The notes beneath the pieces are model-generated. The model worked only from the letters and a program-made list of their open reading frames with translations, ran no database searches and was not told the origin of the DNA. Positions 48,492 through 58,665 of a stretch of DNA of 64,000 bases are shown in pieces. The position numbers and the translations under genes were made by a program. The first letter of the stretch is position 1, and each line of letters starts with the position of its first letter. Source of the stretch: an uncultured Candidatus Saccharibacteria bacterium. GTDB lineage: Bacteria; Patescibacteriota; Minisyncoccia; Phycocordibacterales; Phycocordibacteraceae. Location: assembly GCA_964652615.1 (NCBI GenBank), contig CAZZAT010000001.1, positions 359,250 to 423,249 on the forward strand, in the 5' to 3' direction.

Positions 48492-49172
48492 ATGGGAACG
48501 CTGTCAGTTGTTGCAACGCCAATAGGAAACCTCGGAGATATTACGCTTCGAGCGCTTGAGACGCTCAAGCACTGCGATGCAATAGCGTGTGAAGATACGC
48601 GTGTTTCAAGCAAGCTTCTTGCAAAGTATGCAATTGCCAAACCACTCCTTATCTATCACGCGCGTTCTGGCCGTATCGCTTCAGAGCGCGTGCTTGCGCT
48701 TCTTGCAGAAGGGAAGCATGTCGCGCTTCTTACGGACGCAGGAACGCCAGGCGTGTCTGACCCTGGTAATGAGCTCGTGCGACAGGTGCGCGATCGCCTT
48801 CCTGAAGTTCGTGTCGAAGCAATTCCAGGACCTTCTGCCCTTACCGCAGCGCTTTCCATAGCCGGAGCAAAGACGCACGAGTTCGTGTTTCTTGGGTTCT
48901 TTCCGCACAAGAAGGGAAGAGAAACGCTCTTTAAGGAGATAGCTGCACAAACACGGGCGGTAGTCTTTTATGAGTCGCCGCATCGCATTGAAAAGACACT
49001 TGCTTCGCTTTCGAAGACCCTTGAAGAGGATCGCCGCGTCTTTGTGCTTCGCGAACTCACCAAGCTCCACGAATCGGTCATTGAAGGAACTGCAGAAGAG
49101 GTTGCCGCTCACTTTGCGAGGGAGCGCGAGCAGGTGCGAGGTGAATTCGTCGTCATTGTCTCACCCGCATAG
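48492..49172 (+). CDS. rsmI: 16S rRNA (cytidine1402-2'-O)-methyltransferase
   Basis: 'LSVVATPIGNLGDITLRALETLKHCDAIACEDTR' and 'DAGTPGVSDPGNELV' match RsmI (tetrapyrrole-methylase fold). Confidence 0.8.
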   Translation: MGTLSVVATPIGNLGDITLRALETLKHCDAIACEDTRVSSKLLAKYAIAKPLLIYHARSGRIASERVLALLAEGKHVALLTDAGTPGVSDPGNELVRQVRDRLPEVRVEAIPGPSALTAALSIAGAKTHEFVFLGFFPHKKGRETLFKEIAAQTRAVVFYESPHRIEKTLASLSKTLEEDRRVFVLRELTKLHESVIEGTAEEVAAHFAREREQVRGEFVVIVSPA

Positions 49173-49175
49173 CTT

Positions 49176-49391
49176 TTGGCATGCCAAGGATGCGCCTGCT
49201 ATTATGTGCGCATGTCGCATAGAAACCTTCTCATTACGCTTGGCGTCCTCATCATGCTTGCTCCGCTCGTAGGGCTCCCTCACGCCTTCTTGCTCGTGCT
49301 TGTGCCGCTCCTTGGATTTCTGGTAATTGTCGCTGCAGTAGTAAAACGCTCTGCACCACCCGCATCCCATGACCAAAACCAAGCAGTCTAA
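49176..49391 (+). CDS. possible small membrane protein (71 aa)
   Basis: Two hydrophobic helices; overlaps the next gene; weak. Confidence 0.2.
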   Translation: MACQGCACYYVRMSHRNLLITLGVLIMLAPLVGLPHAFLLVLVPLLGFLVIVAAVVKRSAPPASHDQNQAV

Positions 49392-50637
49392 GTCCGTTCT
49401 TTTCGTAACGCTTGCCATAGCGTTTGGGGCACTAGCGCTCTTTATTATTCCTGAAGTTGCAGCAACGACGTATATAAAGGGAGGAGAGACAGCAAAACAG
49501 GAGAAGAAGGAAGAAAAGAAGCAGGAAGCACAGGGGCCGACTATCTCCACCCCAAAACCGTTGAAGGGCATTTATATGAGTCAATGCGTTGTCGGAACAC
49601 CTTCTTTTCGCGATTCACTCGTTTCGTTTGCTGAAAATTCAGCAGTGAACGCAATCGTCATTGATGTGAAGGATTTTAGCGGTACGATTGGTTTCCCGAC
49701 CGAGGATTCGCGCTTTGCAAGTGCTTCTATGCAAAGTTGCGGTGCGCGCGATATGAAGGCATTCATCGCATCGCTTCATGAGAAGGGTATCTATACCATT
49801 GCTCGCGTTACGGTTTTCCAAGATCCGCATTACTCAAAAATGTATCCTGCGCAAGCAGTACAGAGCGCGTCTTCCGGCGCGCCATGGAAAGACCATAAGG
49901 GCCTCAACTTCGTTGATGTCTCAAGCCAAGAATATTGGGACTACATCATCACGCTGTCAAAAGAAGTGGTCGCGCTTGGTTTTGATGAAATCAATTACGA
50001 CTATATTCGCTATCCTTCTGATGGGCCGATGAAGGATGCAGTGTATAAGAATCCAAATAAGCCAGAAGCGCTTGAACGCTTCTTTAAGCATCTGCACGCC
50101 GAAATGGAACCTACGGGCGTGATTACAAGCGCAGATCTCTTTGGTATGGCCGCATCAAATACGGATGACCTTGGCATTGGCCAAGTGCTCGAGCGTGCGC
50201 TTCCGTACTTCGACTACATCATGCCGATGGTCTATCCTTCGCACTATCCAGACGGCTTTAATGGCTATGCTGATCCGAACGACTACCCGTACGAGATAAT
50301 CAAGTTCGCCATGGATAAGGCAGTGGCGCGCACGATTGCAACCGAGACGACCGTACAGACACTTGATGGTAAGCCAGTGATACGAACAGAAACCATTCCT
50401 GCTACCGACACAACTCCAGAAACAACGCGCCAAGTTGCAACCGGCCTCTATACGAAAGAAGTATTTGATAAAGAGAAGATACGCCCGTGGCTTCAGGACT
50501 TCGACTACGGCAAGGAATACCTTCCCAAAGACATACTTGCGCAAACCCAAGGAACGTATGACGCAGGTCTTTCGAGTTGGATATTCTGGGATCCTGCAAA
50601 CAAATACGAAAGCCTTCGTGCGGCGATGAGTCAGTAA
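49369..50637 (+). CDS. putative glycoside-hydrolase-like TIM-barrel protein (DUF4015-like), membrane anchored
   Basis: N-terminal TM; 'NAIVIDVKDFSGTIGFPTED...GIYTIARVTVFQD...FDEINYDYIRYPSDG' pattern is typical of GHL/DUF4015 proteins. Confidence 0.55.
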   Translation: MTKTKQSKSVLFVTLAIAFGALALFIIPEVAATTYIKGGETAKQEKKEEKKQEAQGPTISTPKPLKGIYMSQCVVGTPSFRDSLVSFAENSAVNAIVIDVKDFSGTIGFPTEDSRFASASMQSCGARDMKAFIASLHEKGIYTIARVTVFQDPHYSKMYPAQAVQSASSGAPWKDHKGLNFVDVSSQEYWDYIITLSKEVVALGFDEINYDYIRYPSDGPMKDAVYKNPNKPEALERFFKHLHAEMEPTGVITSADLFGMAASNTDDLGIGQVLERALPYFDYIMPMVYPSHYPDGFNGYADPNDYPYEIIKFAMDKAVARTIATETTVQTLDGKPVIRTETIPATDTTPETTRQVATGLYTKEVFDKEKIRPWLQDFDYGKEYLPKDILAQTQGTYDAGLSSWIFWDPANKYESLRAAMSQ

Positions 50638-50694
50638 TTGACATCAATATTTTAAATAGGTATAATACTCATCCGTTACCAAAGGGGAACGATA

Positions 50695-51030
50695 ATGAGT
50701 GTTTTGAGCATTGAGACTAGCTTACGTCTTAGCGTTGGCCGCCTCAAAAAGGCGTCTGAAGCGAAAGGCGTGACGGGCATGGTAACAACACGCGACATCA
50801 CCAGTTCATACTGGAAGACTGGCGTCTCGCTTGCGGCACACGTGCAAGAGCTTGCTGACCAAGTGGGCCGCATTGAGGATTGCGAGTGTATTGTCGAGGA
50901 GGTTGAAGACCTTCTCGATAAAATTCGCAGCACCGGCATCTTCTCGATTGAAGCTTTCGAGGATGCGCGTCTTCGCTGGTGGATTGACCGCACTGCTTCG
51001 CGGTCAAGACCGGTGTTCGTCGGAGTCTAG
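50695..51030 (+). CDS. hypothetical protein (111 aa)
   Basis: ORF followed by a strong terminator; no motif. Confidence 0.35.
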   Translation: MSVLSIETSLRLSVGRLKKASEAKGVTGMVTTRDITSSYWKTGVSLAAHVQELADQVGRIEDCECIVEEVEDLLDKIRSTGIFSIEAFEDARLRWWIDRTASRSRPVFVGV

Positions 51031-51041
51031 AAACTATGTAA

Positions 51042-51071
51042 GCGGCGGGTCTAAGCGATCCGCCGCTTTTT
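51042..51071 (+). terminator. intrinsic terminator (gcggcgggtctaagcgatccgccgc + ttttta)
   Basis: Hairpin plus T-run. Confidence 0.55.
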
Positions 51072-51093
51072 ATATAACGTATAATGGAGCGCA

Positions 51094-52770
51094 ATGGAGC
51101 ATCCGGATAGAATCACGTACTTTGGCGCAACAGATAACCGCGGGAAGCGCATACCTTTTGGCATTAAAGCCAAGGACCGTCCTCGGCATATGTATGTCAT
51201 TGGTAAGACAGGCATGGGCAAGTCGACCCTGCTTGAGAATATGGCTATACAGGACATACAAAACGGGGAAGGGCTTGCCTTTATCGATCCGCACGGTTCT
51301 GCAGTTGAAACGCTCCTCGACTATATCCCCGAGCACCGCAAGAAGGATGTCGTCTATTTCGCGCCCTTCGATCTCGAACATCCCATCGCTTTTAACGTTA
51401 TGGAAGACGTTGGCTACGACAAGCGGCATCTCGTCGTTTCAGGCCTTATGGCGACCTTTAAGAAGATATGGGTCGATGCGTGGTCCGCTCGCATGGAATA
51501 TATCCTTTCAAACACGCTCCTTGCGCTTCTCGAGTATCCAGAAGCAACGTTGCTTGGTGTAAACCGCATGTATGTCGACAAGGAATACCGCAAGAAAGTA
51601 GTGGAGAACATCAAGGACCCTGTCGTGAAGGACTTCTGGACGAAAGAGTTTGCAACTTATACCGACCGCTATACGCAGGAGGCGACACCTGCTATTCAAA
51701 ATAAGATCGGACAGTTCACCAGTAATCCCTTAATTCGAAACATCATCGGCCAGCCGCACTCTTCTTTTGATATCCGTACCCTTATGGATGAGAGGAAGAT
51801 ACTGCTTATCAACCTTTCAAAAGGGCTTGTGGGCGATGTAAACATGCGCCTTCTAGGCTCCATGCTCACAACGAGAATATTTCTTGGCGCGATGAGTCGT
51901 GCCGACCTTGCTCCAGACGCTCTCAAGCACTCCGCTCCGTTCTACTTCTATGTCGACGAGTTCCAAAACTTCGCAAACGAAACTTTTGCTGAAATTCTCT
52001 CTGAAGCCCGCAAGTACAATTTGAACCTCATCATGGCGCATCAATATGTCGAACAGATGGAAGAGGAGGTGCGTGCTGCAGTGTTTGGAAACGTGGGCAC
52101 TACGGTTGCGTTTCGGGTAGGGCCTTTCGATGCAGAAGTGCTTGAGACAGTCTTTTCTCCTGAATTTACGAAAGAAGACCTCGTGAATCTTGGTTTTGCG
52201 CAGATATACCTGACCCTCATGATTGATGGGGTCGGGTCGCGTCCTTTTTCAGCGATTACTATTCCTCCGATAGAGCCACCGAAACGGTCTCTTAAGCAGG
52301 AAGTCATTGAAGCGTCTCGTGCGTCTTTTGCAACAAAGCGCGGCGGCGTTGAAGAAGCTATTTACGCAGACCTTGCCGCGATACCTCCTCCCGAAGCGCC
52401 ACCGCCGCGCGTGGACTGGAAGCGTATGAAGAGCGAAGCGGCGGCAAAAAAAGCACAACCTGCGCCTCCAAAGCGCGAAGCTCCTCCCGAGCAAAGAAAA
52501 CAGGAGCAAAGGCGAGAACCCCCTAAAGTACAGACACCTCCTCCAACTGACCGTGAGAGCTTAAAAGCTGCCTTAAAGGAAATGACCGAGAAAATAGCAA
52601 AAGCAAACGAGAAGCGAGAAGGAGTTAAAAAGGATTCTCTTAAGGAGGCAGTTGCCGCTGCAATTCCTCCAGTCCCAGCCAAAGAAAAGACCTCTCCACC
52701 AAAGGATAGGCCGGTGTTTGAAGTGCCTGAAGAAGAATTGCGTGCCTTGCTTGAAGGCAAGGGAGGATAA
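51094..52770 (+). CDS. HerA/FtsK-superfamily P-loop ATPase (DUF87 / VirD4-TraD-like) with a 140-aa Pro/Glu/Lys-rich disordered C-terminus
   Basis: 'MYVIGKTGMGKSTLLEN' (Walker A) and 'FYFYVDEFQNFA' (Walker B hhhhDE); the tail 'PPPEAPPPRVDWKRMKSEAAAKKAQPAPPKREAPPEQRKQEQRREPPKVQTPPPTDRE'. Confidence 0.5.
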   Translation: MEHPDRITYFGATDNRGKRIPFGIKAKDRPRHMYVIGKTGMGKSTLLENMAIQDIQNGEGLAFIDPHGSAVETLLDYIPEHRKKDVVYFAPFDLEHPIAFNVMEDVGYDKRHLVVSGLMATFKKIWVDAWSARMEYILSNTLLALLEYPEATLLGVNRMYVDKEYRKKVVENIKDPVVKDFWTKEFATYTDRYTQEATPAIQNKIGQFTSNPLIRNIIGQPHSSFDIRTLMDERKILLINLSKGLVGDVNMRLLGSMLTTRIFLGAMSRADLAPDALKHSAPFYFYVDEFQNFANETFAEILSEARKYNLNLIMAHQYVEQMEEEVRAAVFGNVGTTVAFRVGPFDAEVLETVFSPEFTKEDLVNLGFAQIYLTLMIDGVGSRPFSAITIPPIEPPKRSLKQEVIEASRASFATKRGGVEEAIYADLAAIPPPEAPPPRVDWKRMKSEAAAKKAQPAPPKREAPPEQRKQEQRREPPKVQTPPPTDRESLKAALKEMTEKIAKANEKREGVKKDSLKEAVAAAIPPVPAKEKTSPPKDRPVFEVPEEELRALLEGKGG

Positions 52771-52810
52771 TGCTTGCGCAGCCCTCTTTTTCTGTAATAG
52801 TGCACATACT

Positions 52811-53662
52811 ATGAAGACAGTTGTAGTAACGGGGGGTGCGGGATTTATTGGGTCGCACCTATGCAAACGGTTGCTCGCTGAAGGATATTCGGTCATTTCG
52901 CTCGATAACTACTTCACCGGAAGTCGTGAAAATCACACAGAGGGTGTCGAGTATCGCGAAGGACATACCAAGGATATTGAAGCGCTCGTGCCAGAAACTC
53001 CCGATCTCGTCTATCATCTTGGCGAATATTCGCGCGTTGAAAAGAGCCTTACCGAACCGGATGTTGTATGGGATTTAAATAAGACAGGCACCTTCGCCGT
53101 TGCAGAGTTCTGTCGCAAGAAAAACATAAAGATGGTGTACGCAGGATCTTCGACGAAGTTTGGAGATGGGGGGCTTGGCAGGGATCAGAGCCCGTATGCG
53201 TGGACGAAGGCAACAAATACCGAGCTCGTGCGAAACTATGGCGAGTGGTATGGCATGCCCTATGCCATCACCTATTTCTATAACGTCTACGGTCCTGGAG
53301 AGCGCGCAGGAGCATTTGGTACGGTCATTGAAATCTTCCGGCAGAAGCACCGTAAGGGTGAACCGCTCACGGTGAACGCGCCTGGCACGCAGCGCCGCAA
53401 CTTCACGCATGTCGATGATATTGTCGATGCGCTTGTGCGTATTGGTAAAGATGGTGAAGGGGATGATTTTGGTATCGGGGACGAAACACCGTATTCCATT
53501 CTTGAAGTTGCACAGATGTTTGGCGGAGAGATTGTTATGGGTCCTGAAGTGAAAGGGAACCGCATGGGTTCTGATATAGACACATCAAAGACGGAGCGTC
53601 TTGGATGGAAATGCACAAAGCACTTGAAAGACTACATAGTAGCAGTTACTAAGGACGCATGA
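52811..53662 (+). CDS. NAD-dependent epimerase/dehydratase (UDP-glucuronate decarboxylase-like)
   Basis: 'VVVTGGAGFIGSHLCKRLLAEGYSVISLDNYFTGSRENH' closely resembles UXS/ArnA-type SDRs; 'YAWTK' active site. Confidence 0.75.
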   Translation: MKTVVVTGGAGFIGSHLCKRLLAEGYSVISLDNYFTGSRENHTEGVEYREGHTKDIEALVPETPDLVYHLGEYSRVEKSLTEPDVVWDLNKTGTFAVAEFCRKKNIKMVYAGSSTKFGDGGLGRDQSPYAWTKATNTELVRNYGEWYGMPYAITYFYNVYGPGERAGAFGTVIEIFRQKHRKGEPLTVNAPGTQRRNFTHVDDIVDALVRIGKDGEGDDFGIGDETPYSILEVAQMFGGEIVMGPEVKGNRMGSDIDTSKTERLGWKCTKHLKDYIVAVTKDA

Positions 53663-54792
53663 AAAAGATTCTTATATTTTCGACGGCGTACTTTCCGCAT
53701 GTAGGAGGGGCTGAAGTTGCCATAAAAGAGATAACGAAGCGTCTTTCCGGTGAGTATGCATTTGATCTTATTTGTGCACGCTATGAAAAAGGCTTACCAA
53801 GTGAGGAGATTATAGAAGGGGTGCACGTATATAGGGTAGGGCCTGGCATACGCGTGATAGACAAGCTCTTGGTCCCGTTTCTTGCTGCAGGGAAGGCTCT
53901 CAACCTCTCACAGAACGCTTCTTATGACGGGTACTGGGCCATGATGGCAAGCTATGGCTCCGGCGGCGCGTATATCGCCTCCTGGTTTATCAGAACACCC
54001 GTCCTTCTTACGCTTCAAGAAGGGGACCCGCCAGAATATCTGCGCCGGAAGTGGTTTGGCCTTCTCGCTCTTTCGTGGCGGTTGGCGCTTTCGCAAAGTG
54101 CCGCCGTATCAGTGATTAGTTCATATCTTGGGCGTCTTGCAAAAGAATTCGGATATACAGGTGAGCCGGTTCTCATCCCAAACGGCGTTGACACGAAGCG
54201 TTTTGGCAGTGTTTCCAAAAAGGCACATACAGGAACCGTTCTTGTCACCACATCGAGGCTGGTGCATAAGAATGCGGTGGATGATGTTATACGCGCACTG
54301 AAACTCTTACCGAAAGAAGTTACTTTTCACGTGTATGGAACAGGTCCTGATGAGGAAAAGCTTCGTGTGCTTGCAAAGAGCGAAGGGGTTGAAGCACGCG
54401 TAGCGTTTATGGGGCACATTGCCTATGAAGCATTGCCTTCGGCGCTTGCAGAAGCTGATATATTCATACGCCCTTCACGTTCAGAGGGCATGGGCAACTC
54501 TTTCATTGAAGCCATGGCAGCAGGACTTCCTGTTATTGGTACACAAGAAGGCGGTATTGCTGACTTTCTTTTTGATGCAAAGAGAAATCCTGAAAAGGAA
54601 ACGACGGGGTGGGCGGTAGACAAAGATGCGCCTATACAAATACAAGAAGCGGTAGAGGTCATTCTTCAAGATGAAGAACACACAAAGCGCGTAGTTGCCT
54701 CGGCACAGCGCCTAGTCCATGAAAAGTACGATTGGAATTTGATAGCAGAGCAAAAGAAAGCGCTCTTCGACCAGACCTTCAAAAAAGGCTAG
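53659..54792 (+). CDS. glycosyltransferase family 4
   Basis: 'PSRSEGMGNSFIEAMAAGLPVIGTQEGGIADF'. Confidence 0.8.
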   Translation: MKKILIFSTAYFPHVGGAEVAIKEITKRLSGEYAFDLICARYEKGLPSEEIIEGVHVYRVGPGIRVIDKLLVPFLAAGKALNLSQNASYDGYWAMMASYGSGGAYIASWFIRTPVLLTLQEGDPPEYLRRKWFGLLALSWRLALSQSAAVSVISSYLGRLAKEFGYTGEPVLIPNGVDTKRFGSVSKKAHTGTVLVTTSRLVHKNAVDDVIRALKLLPKEVTFHVYGTGPDEEKLRVLAKSEGVEARVAFMGHIAYEALPSALAEADIFIRPSRSEGMGNSFIEAMAAGLPVIGTQEGGIADFLFDAKRNPEKETTGWAVDKDAPIQIQEAVEVILQDEEHTKRVVASAQRLVHEKYDWNLIAEQKKALFDQTFKKG

Positions 54793-54802
54793 AATAGGCC
54801 GT

Positions 54803-55870
54803 ATGAGGCTCGTGATAGCCACTCCACTCTATCCGCCAGAGCCTGGCGGCCCTGCTACCTATGTGAAGCTCCTTGAAGAAGGATTGCCTTTACGGGGTAT
54901 TGAGGTTCAGGTCGTGAAGTTTTCCGAGGTACGTGCCTTGCCAAAACTTATCCGACATATCGTGTATGAAAGCAAGATACGCAAAGCGCTTAAAAATGCA
55001 GATGCTGTACTTGCACTTGATCCAGTGTCAGTAGGATTGCCCGCTATGCGTGCGGCGCAGAAAGAGCGCAAACCACTCGCGGTGAAAATCGTGGGCGACT
55101 ATGCGTGGGAGCAAGGAGTGCAGCGTTTTGGAGTGCAGAGTTCTCTTGATGCATTTGCTGCAACAAAGCAGGTACCGCTTCCTATCGCGCTCTTAAGAAA
55201 AGTACAAAAAACAGTCGCACAGTATGCGCAACACATCATTGTGCCAAGTGCATACCTAAAGGAGATAGTGCAAACGTGGGGTATTGCCGGAGAGCAGATA
55301 ACAGTTATTCATAATGCGGTTTCGGTGGAGCATCGAGGTACGGTGCCGCATGAAGTGGTCAAACTTCCGCGCCCTTTTATTGTCTCTGTAGGTCGTCTTG
55401 TACCGTGGAAAGGAATGGATGGGGTTATCGATGCAGTTTCGCGTATGCGTACACAAGGAACAGACGTATCACTTGTTATTGCAGGAGATGGACCGCAACT
55501 AGAAGCACTTCGTGAAAAGGCGCGCACGAAACTTCATGACAACTATGTGTTTACTGGCAAGCTCTCGCATGAAGACACGCTTGCACTCATGCATGCTGCG
55601 GACGTCTTTGTCTTAAATAGCAGCTACGAAGGTCTCTCCCATGTGCTTATTGAGGCAAGACTTCTCGGGACTCCTATAGTCGCAACAGATGCTGGAGGAA
55701 ATGCCGAAGTGGTGGAAGGTGCATTGGTTCCTGTTAACGATACGCAAAAGCTTTCAGAAGCTCTTACAGAAGCCCTTCAAAGAGGCAGAGAGAGTCTTTC
55801 TAAAGATGAACGCTTCGTTCTGTCGACCATGCTTGACAGGACGGCAGAATTGCTTAAAACGCTCGTATGA
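54803..55870 (+). CDS. glycosyltransferase family 4
   Basis: 'NSSYEGLSHVLIEARLLGTPIVATDAGGNAEVV'. Confidence 0.8.
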   Translation: MRLVIATPLYPPEPGGPATYVKLLEEGLPLRGIEVQVVKFSEVRALPKLIRHIVYESKIRKALKNADAVLALDPVSVGLPAMRAAQKERKPLAVKIVGDYAWEQGVQRFGVQSSLDAFAATKQVPLPIALLRKVQKTVAQYAQHIIVPSAYLKEIVQTWGIAGEQITVIHNAVSVEHRGTVPHEVVKLPRPFIVSVGRLVPWKGMDGVIDAVSRMRTQGTDVSLVIAGDGPQLEALREKARTKLHDNYVFTGKLSHEDTLALMHAADVFVLNSSYEGLSHVLIEARLLGTPIVATDAGGNAEVVEGALVPVNDTQKLSEALTEALQRGRESLSKDERFVLSTMLDRTAELLKTLV

Positions 55871-56997
55871 AGGCACTCTTTGTTTCAAACGATCCGACGC
55901 TTTTTATAGGCAATAGCCCTGCGCGCGAGCGTATGCGCCTCTATGCTAAGGAAATAGGCGAATTACATATCGTCTCTCGAGCCGCAAAGGATGCGCAGGA
56001 AGAGGTTGAGGAAGGGCTGCACCTGCACCCGTTTCATGGAGGAAAGATAGCGGCGATGCTTTTTCTAAAAAGCTGTGTACGCAAATTGATTACTGCTCAC
56101 AGTATCGAGGTGGTTTCAGCACAGGATCCGTTTGAGTATGGTTTTATTGCAGCTAAAGCGGTTACAGGAACGAGCGCAAAACTTCACCTACAAGTTCATA
56201 CAGACTTTCTTTCTCCTTGGTTCACTAGAAAAGGGAACTATCGATCGCTTAAAGCCCATGTTCCGCTTATGAACTATGCTCGACGGCGTATTGCAGACAC
56301 CGTGCTTCCGAAAGCTTCTGGTATTCGTGTTGTGTCTCGTCGCATATTGGATTCTCTGGAGAAACGATATGGCGATCGGATCGTGAAGCCTTCTGTCATT
56401 CCACTTGCAACACCATCAGTCCCTCCATCTGAAGTTGCACTTCCACCTCATGATTTCTCGTTTGCTTTTATTGCGGTATCTCGTCTTGAATCTGAAAAAC
56501 GCATTGAAGACATACTTATGGCGCTTGCGCGCCTTGGTCCACGCCTTCATTCTATCGGCCTTTTTGTTGTGGGAGAGGGGAGAGAGCGAAAGCGTCTTGA
56601 GACACTTGCAACAAAGCTTGGTCTCAAAGAGCGCGTTGTCTTTACGGGATGGCGTACCGATGATTGGGGACTTATGCGAAGCGCAAATGCTTTTATTCAG
56701 GCGAGTGCGTATGAAGGATACGGTGTCTCACTTCTCAAGGCCGCACTCGCAAGAATTCCTATTATTACTACGGATGTGGGGATTGTGGGCGAGGTATTTA
56801 AAGGATATGAAGATGTGCTTTCTGTCCCTCCTGCAGATCCGGTGAACATGGCAGCACAAATGATGGCACTTATTGAAGACCATCAGCTTCGCTTGAAACT
56901 TGTTATGAATGCCGAGCGTGCCGCACGTACTCATCTTGCACCGTTTCTTGATCAGCCGAAACTTGTCGCGAACGATCTTGCGCGGTGTATCCTATAA
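55867..56997 (+). CDS. glycosyltransferase family 4
   Basis: 'ASAYEGYGVSLLKAALARIPIITTDVGIVGEVF'. Confidence 0.75.
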   Translation: MKALFVSNDPTLFIGNSPARERMRLYAKEIGELHIVSRAAKDAQEEVEEGLHLHPFHGGKIAAMLFLKSCVRKLITAHSIEVVSAQDPFEYGFIAAKAVTGTSAKLHLQVHTDFLSPWFTRKGNYRSLKAHVPLMNYARRRIADTVLPKASGIRVVSRRILDSLEKRYGDRIVKPSVIPLATPSVPPSEVALPPHDFSFAFIAVSRLESEKRIEDILMALARLGPRLHSIGLFVVGEGRERKRLETLATKLGLKERVVFTGWRTDDWGLMRSANAFIQASAYEGYGVSLLKAALARIPIITTDVGIVGEVFKGYEDVLSVPPADPVNMAAQMMALIEDHQLRLKLVMNAERAARTHLAPFLDQPKLVANDLARCIL

Positions 56998-57003
56998 AGC
57001 AAC

Positions 57004-57606
57004 ATGAAGCATAAGGAACGAAGCGATGTGTTTGTGCGTGAAGCAATACAACGTATTGCACGTGAGAAATCCGTGCTTGATGTCGGGGGCGGTATTCCAT
57101 TTGGAAAGTGGATGAAAGAGTATGAGCCTCTTTTTAAGGATTCTGATTACCGTACATTTGACTATGACACGACTACCGGCGCAGATGTGGTTGGTGATAT
57201 ACATGCAATCCCTCTCCCAGATGCATCAGTTGATGCTGTGATATGTAGTTCAGTGCTTGAGCACGTACGAGATCCATTACTGGCAATGAAGGAGATAAAG
57301 CGAATTTTGCGCCACAACGGCAAACTTTTTCTGTACGTCCCTTCTACATACCCCTATCACGCCCACAAAGGCCACTATCCAGACTATTGGCGTATTTTTG
57401 ATGATACTCTCGCGTTGCTTCTTGAAGGTTATTCATCGGTTTCTACATGCAAACGTGGTGGGTACTTTATGGCACTCTCATTTTTTGTACCAATGCAGCA
57501 TAAGTTGCGGTGGTTTCTCACACCAGTTGCTGACTTCTTTGATGTACTTTTTCGGACAGATCGACGAAGTACTACTGCAGGTTACTATGTGTATGCGACC
57601 AAATAA
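57004..57606 (+). CDS. class I SAM-dependent methyltransferase
   Basis: 'VLDVGGGIPFG' motif I and 'AVICSSVLEHVRDP'. Confidence 0.7.
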   Translation: MKHKERSDVFVREAIQRIAREKSVLDVGGGIPFGKWMKEYEPLFKDSDYRTFDYDTTTGADVVGDIHAIPLPDASVDAVICSSVLEHVRDPLLAMKEIKRILRHNGKLFLYVPSTYPYHAHKGHYPDYWRIFDDTLALLLEGYSSVSTCKRGGYFMALSFFVPMQHKLRWFLTPVADFFDVLFRTDRRSTTAGYYVYATK

Positions 57607-57608
57607 CC

Positions 57609-58646
57609 ATGCGTCTCCTTATTGTCACGCAAGTTCTTGATGAGAAGGATTCTGTTTTAGGTTTTTTTCATCGTTGGGTTGAAGAATTTGCGAAGAATAC
57701 TGAACACATTGAAGTTATTTGTTTAAAGGAAGGGAAGCACTCACTTCCGGCTAACGTTCGAGTTCATTCACTTGGAAAAGAGCGAGGTCGCCAGTCAAAG
57801 ATCTCATATATCCTGCGGGTATTCCAATTTTCTTGGAGGCTCCGAAACTCCTACGACGCTGTATTCGTTCACATGAACCCAGAATATTTGGTTATTGCAG
57901 GATGGCTTTGGAAGCTGCTTAGAAAGCGCACGGGACTCTGGTATACACACGGTACTGTTTCGCTGAGACTCATACTAGGTACTTTATTTGCTAATGTTGT
58001 TTTCACCGCATCAGAGCAAAGCATGCGGCTCCACACAAAAAAGAAACGCGTTATGGGACACGGAATGGATCTTTCTATGTTTGGTGTGCATAGATCACCG
58101 AAAGACTCTCTACGTCTTGTAACCGTTAGTCGTATTACCCCCGTTAAAAATATAGAGAATATAATTGATGCTTTAGTAATTCTTAGAGAAAGAGGCATTA
58201 CAGCTACTCTTTCTGTACTAGGGGATGTTACTGCGAATGAGTCTACCGAGTATCTTACTAAACTACGTACCCACATTACTTGCGGCGGGTTAGCAGACAA
58301 TGTCATTTTCCTTGGTAAAAGAGACCAGAAAGGAGTAGAAGAAGAGCTCTCTCGGTCACATCTTTTTATACATGCTAGTGCGACTGGTTCCCTCGACAAG
58401 GCGCCACTTGAGGCGCTTGCTACGGGTGTTCCTGTTGTTTCTGTAAATGCAGAAATAGCGAACGGTTTAATTGAGGGGGCTATTTTTGCCAGCAATAATC
58501 CCGAAGGCTTGGCTTCTGCCATTGAAGATGCGGTCAGGAAGCGGATATGGGAAAAAGAAAGTATTCGTATGCAAGCTCGAGACTATATTGCAAAGAACCA
58601 CAGCCTGCCCGTACTCATACGGAAGATTCTTGCGATATTGGCCTAA
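57609..58646 (+). CDS. glycosyltransferase family 4
   Basis: 'HASATGSLDKAPLEALATGVPVVSVNAEIANG'. Confidence 0.75.
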   Translation: MRLLIVTQVLDEKDSVLGFFHRWVEEFAKNTEHIEVICLKEGKHSLPANVRVHSLGKERGRQSKISYILRVFQFSWRLRNSYDAVFVHMNPEYLVIAGWLWKLLRKRTGLWYTHGTVSLRLILGTLFANVVFTASEQSMRLHTKKKRVMGHGMDLSMFGVHRSPKDSLRLVTVSRITPVKNIENIIDALVILRERGITATLSVLGDVTANESTEYLTKLRTHITCGGLADNVIFLGKRDQKGVEEELSRSHLFIHASATGSLDKAPLEALATGVPVVSVNAEIANGLIEGAIFASNNPEGLASAIEDAVRKRIWEKESIRMQARDYIAKNHSLPVLIRKILAILA

Positions 58647-58665
58647 ATAACGCAAAGTTATCCTT

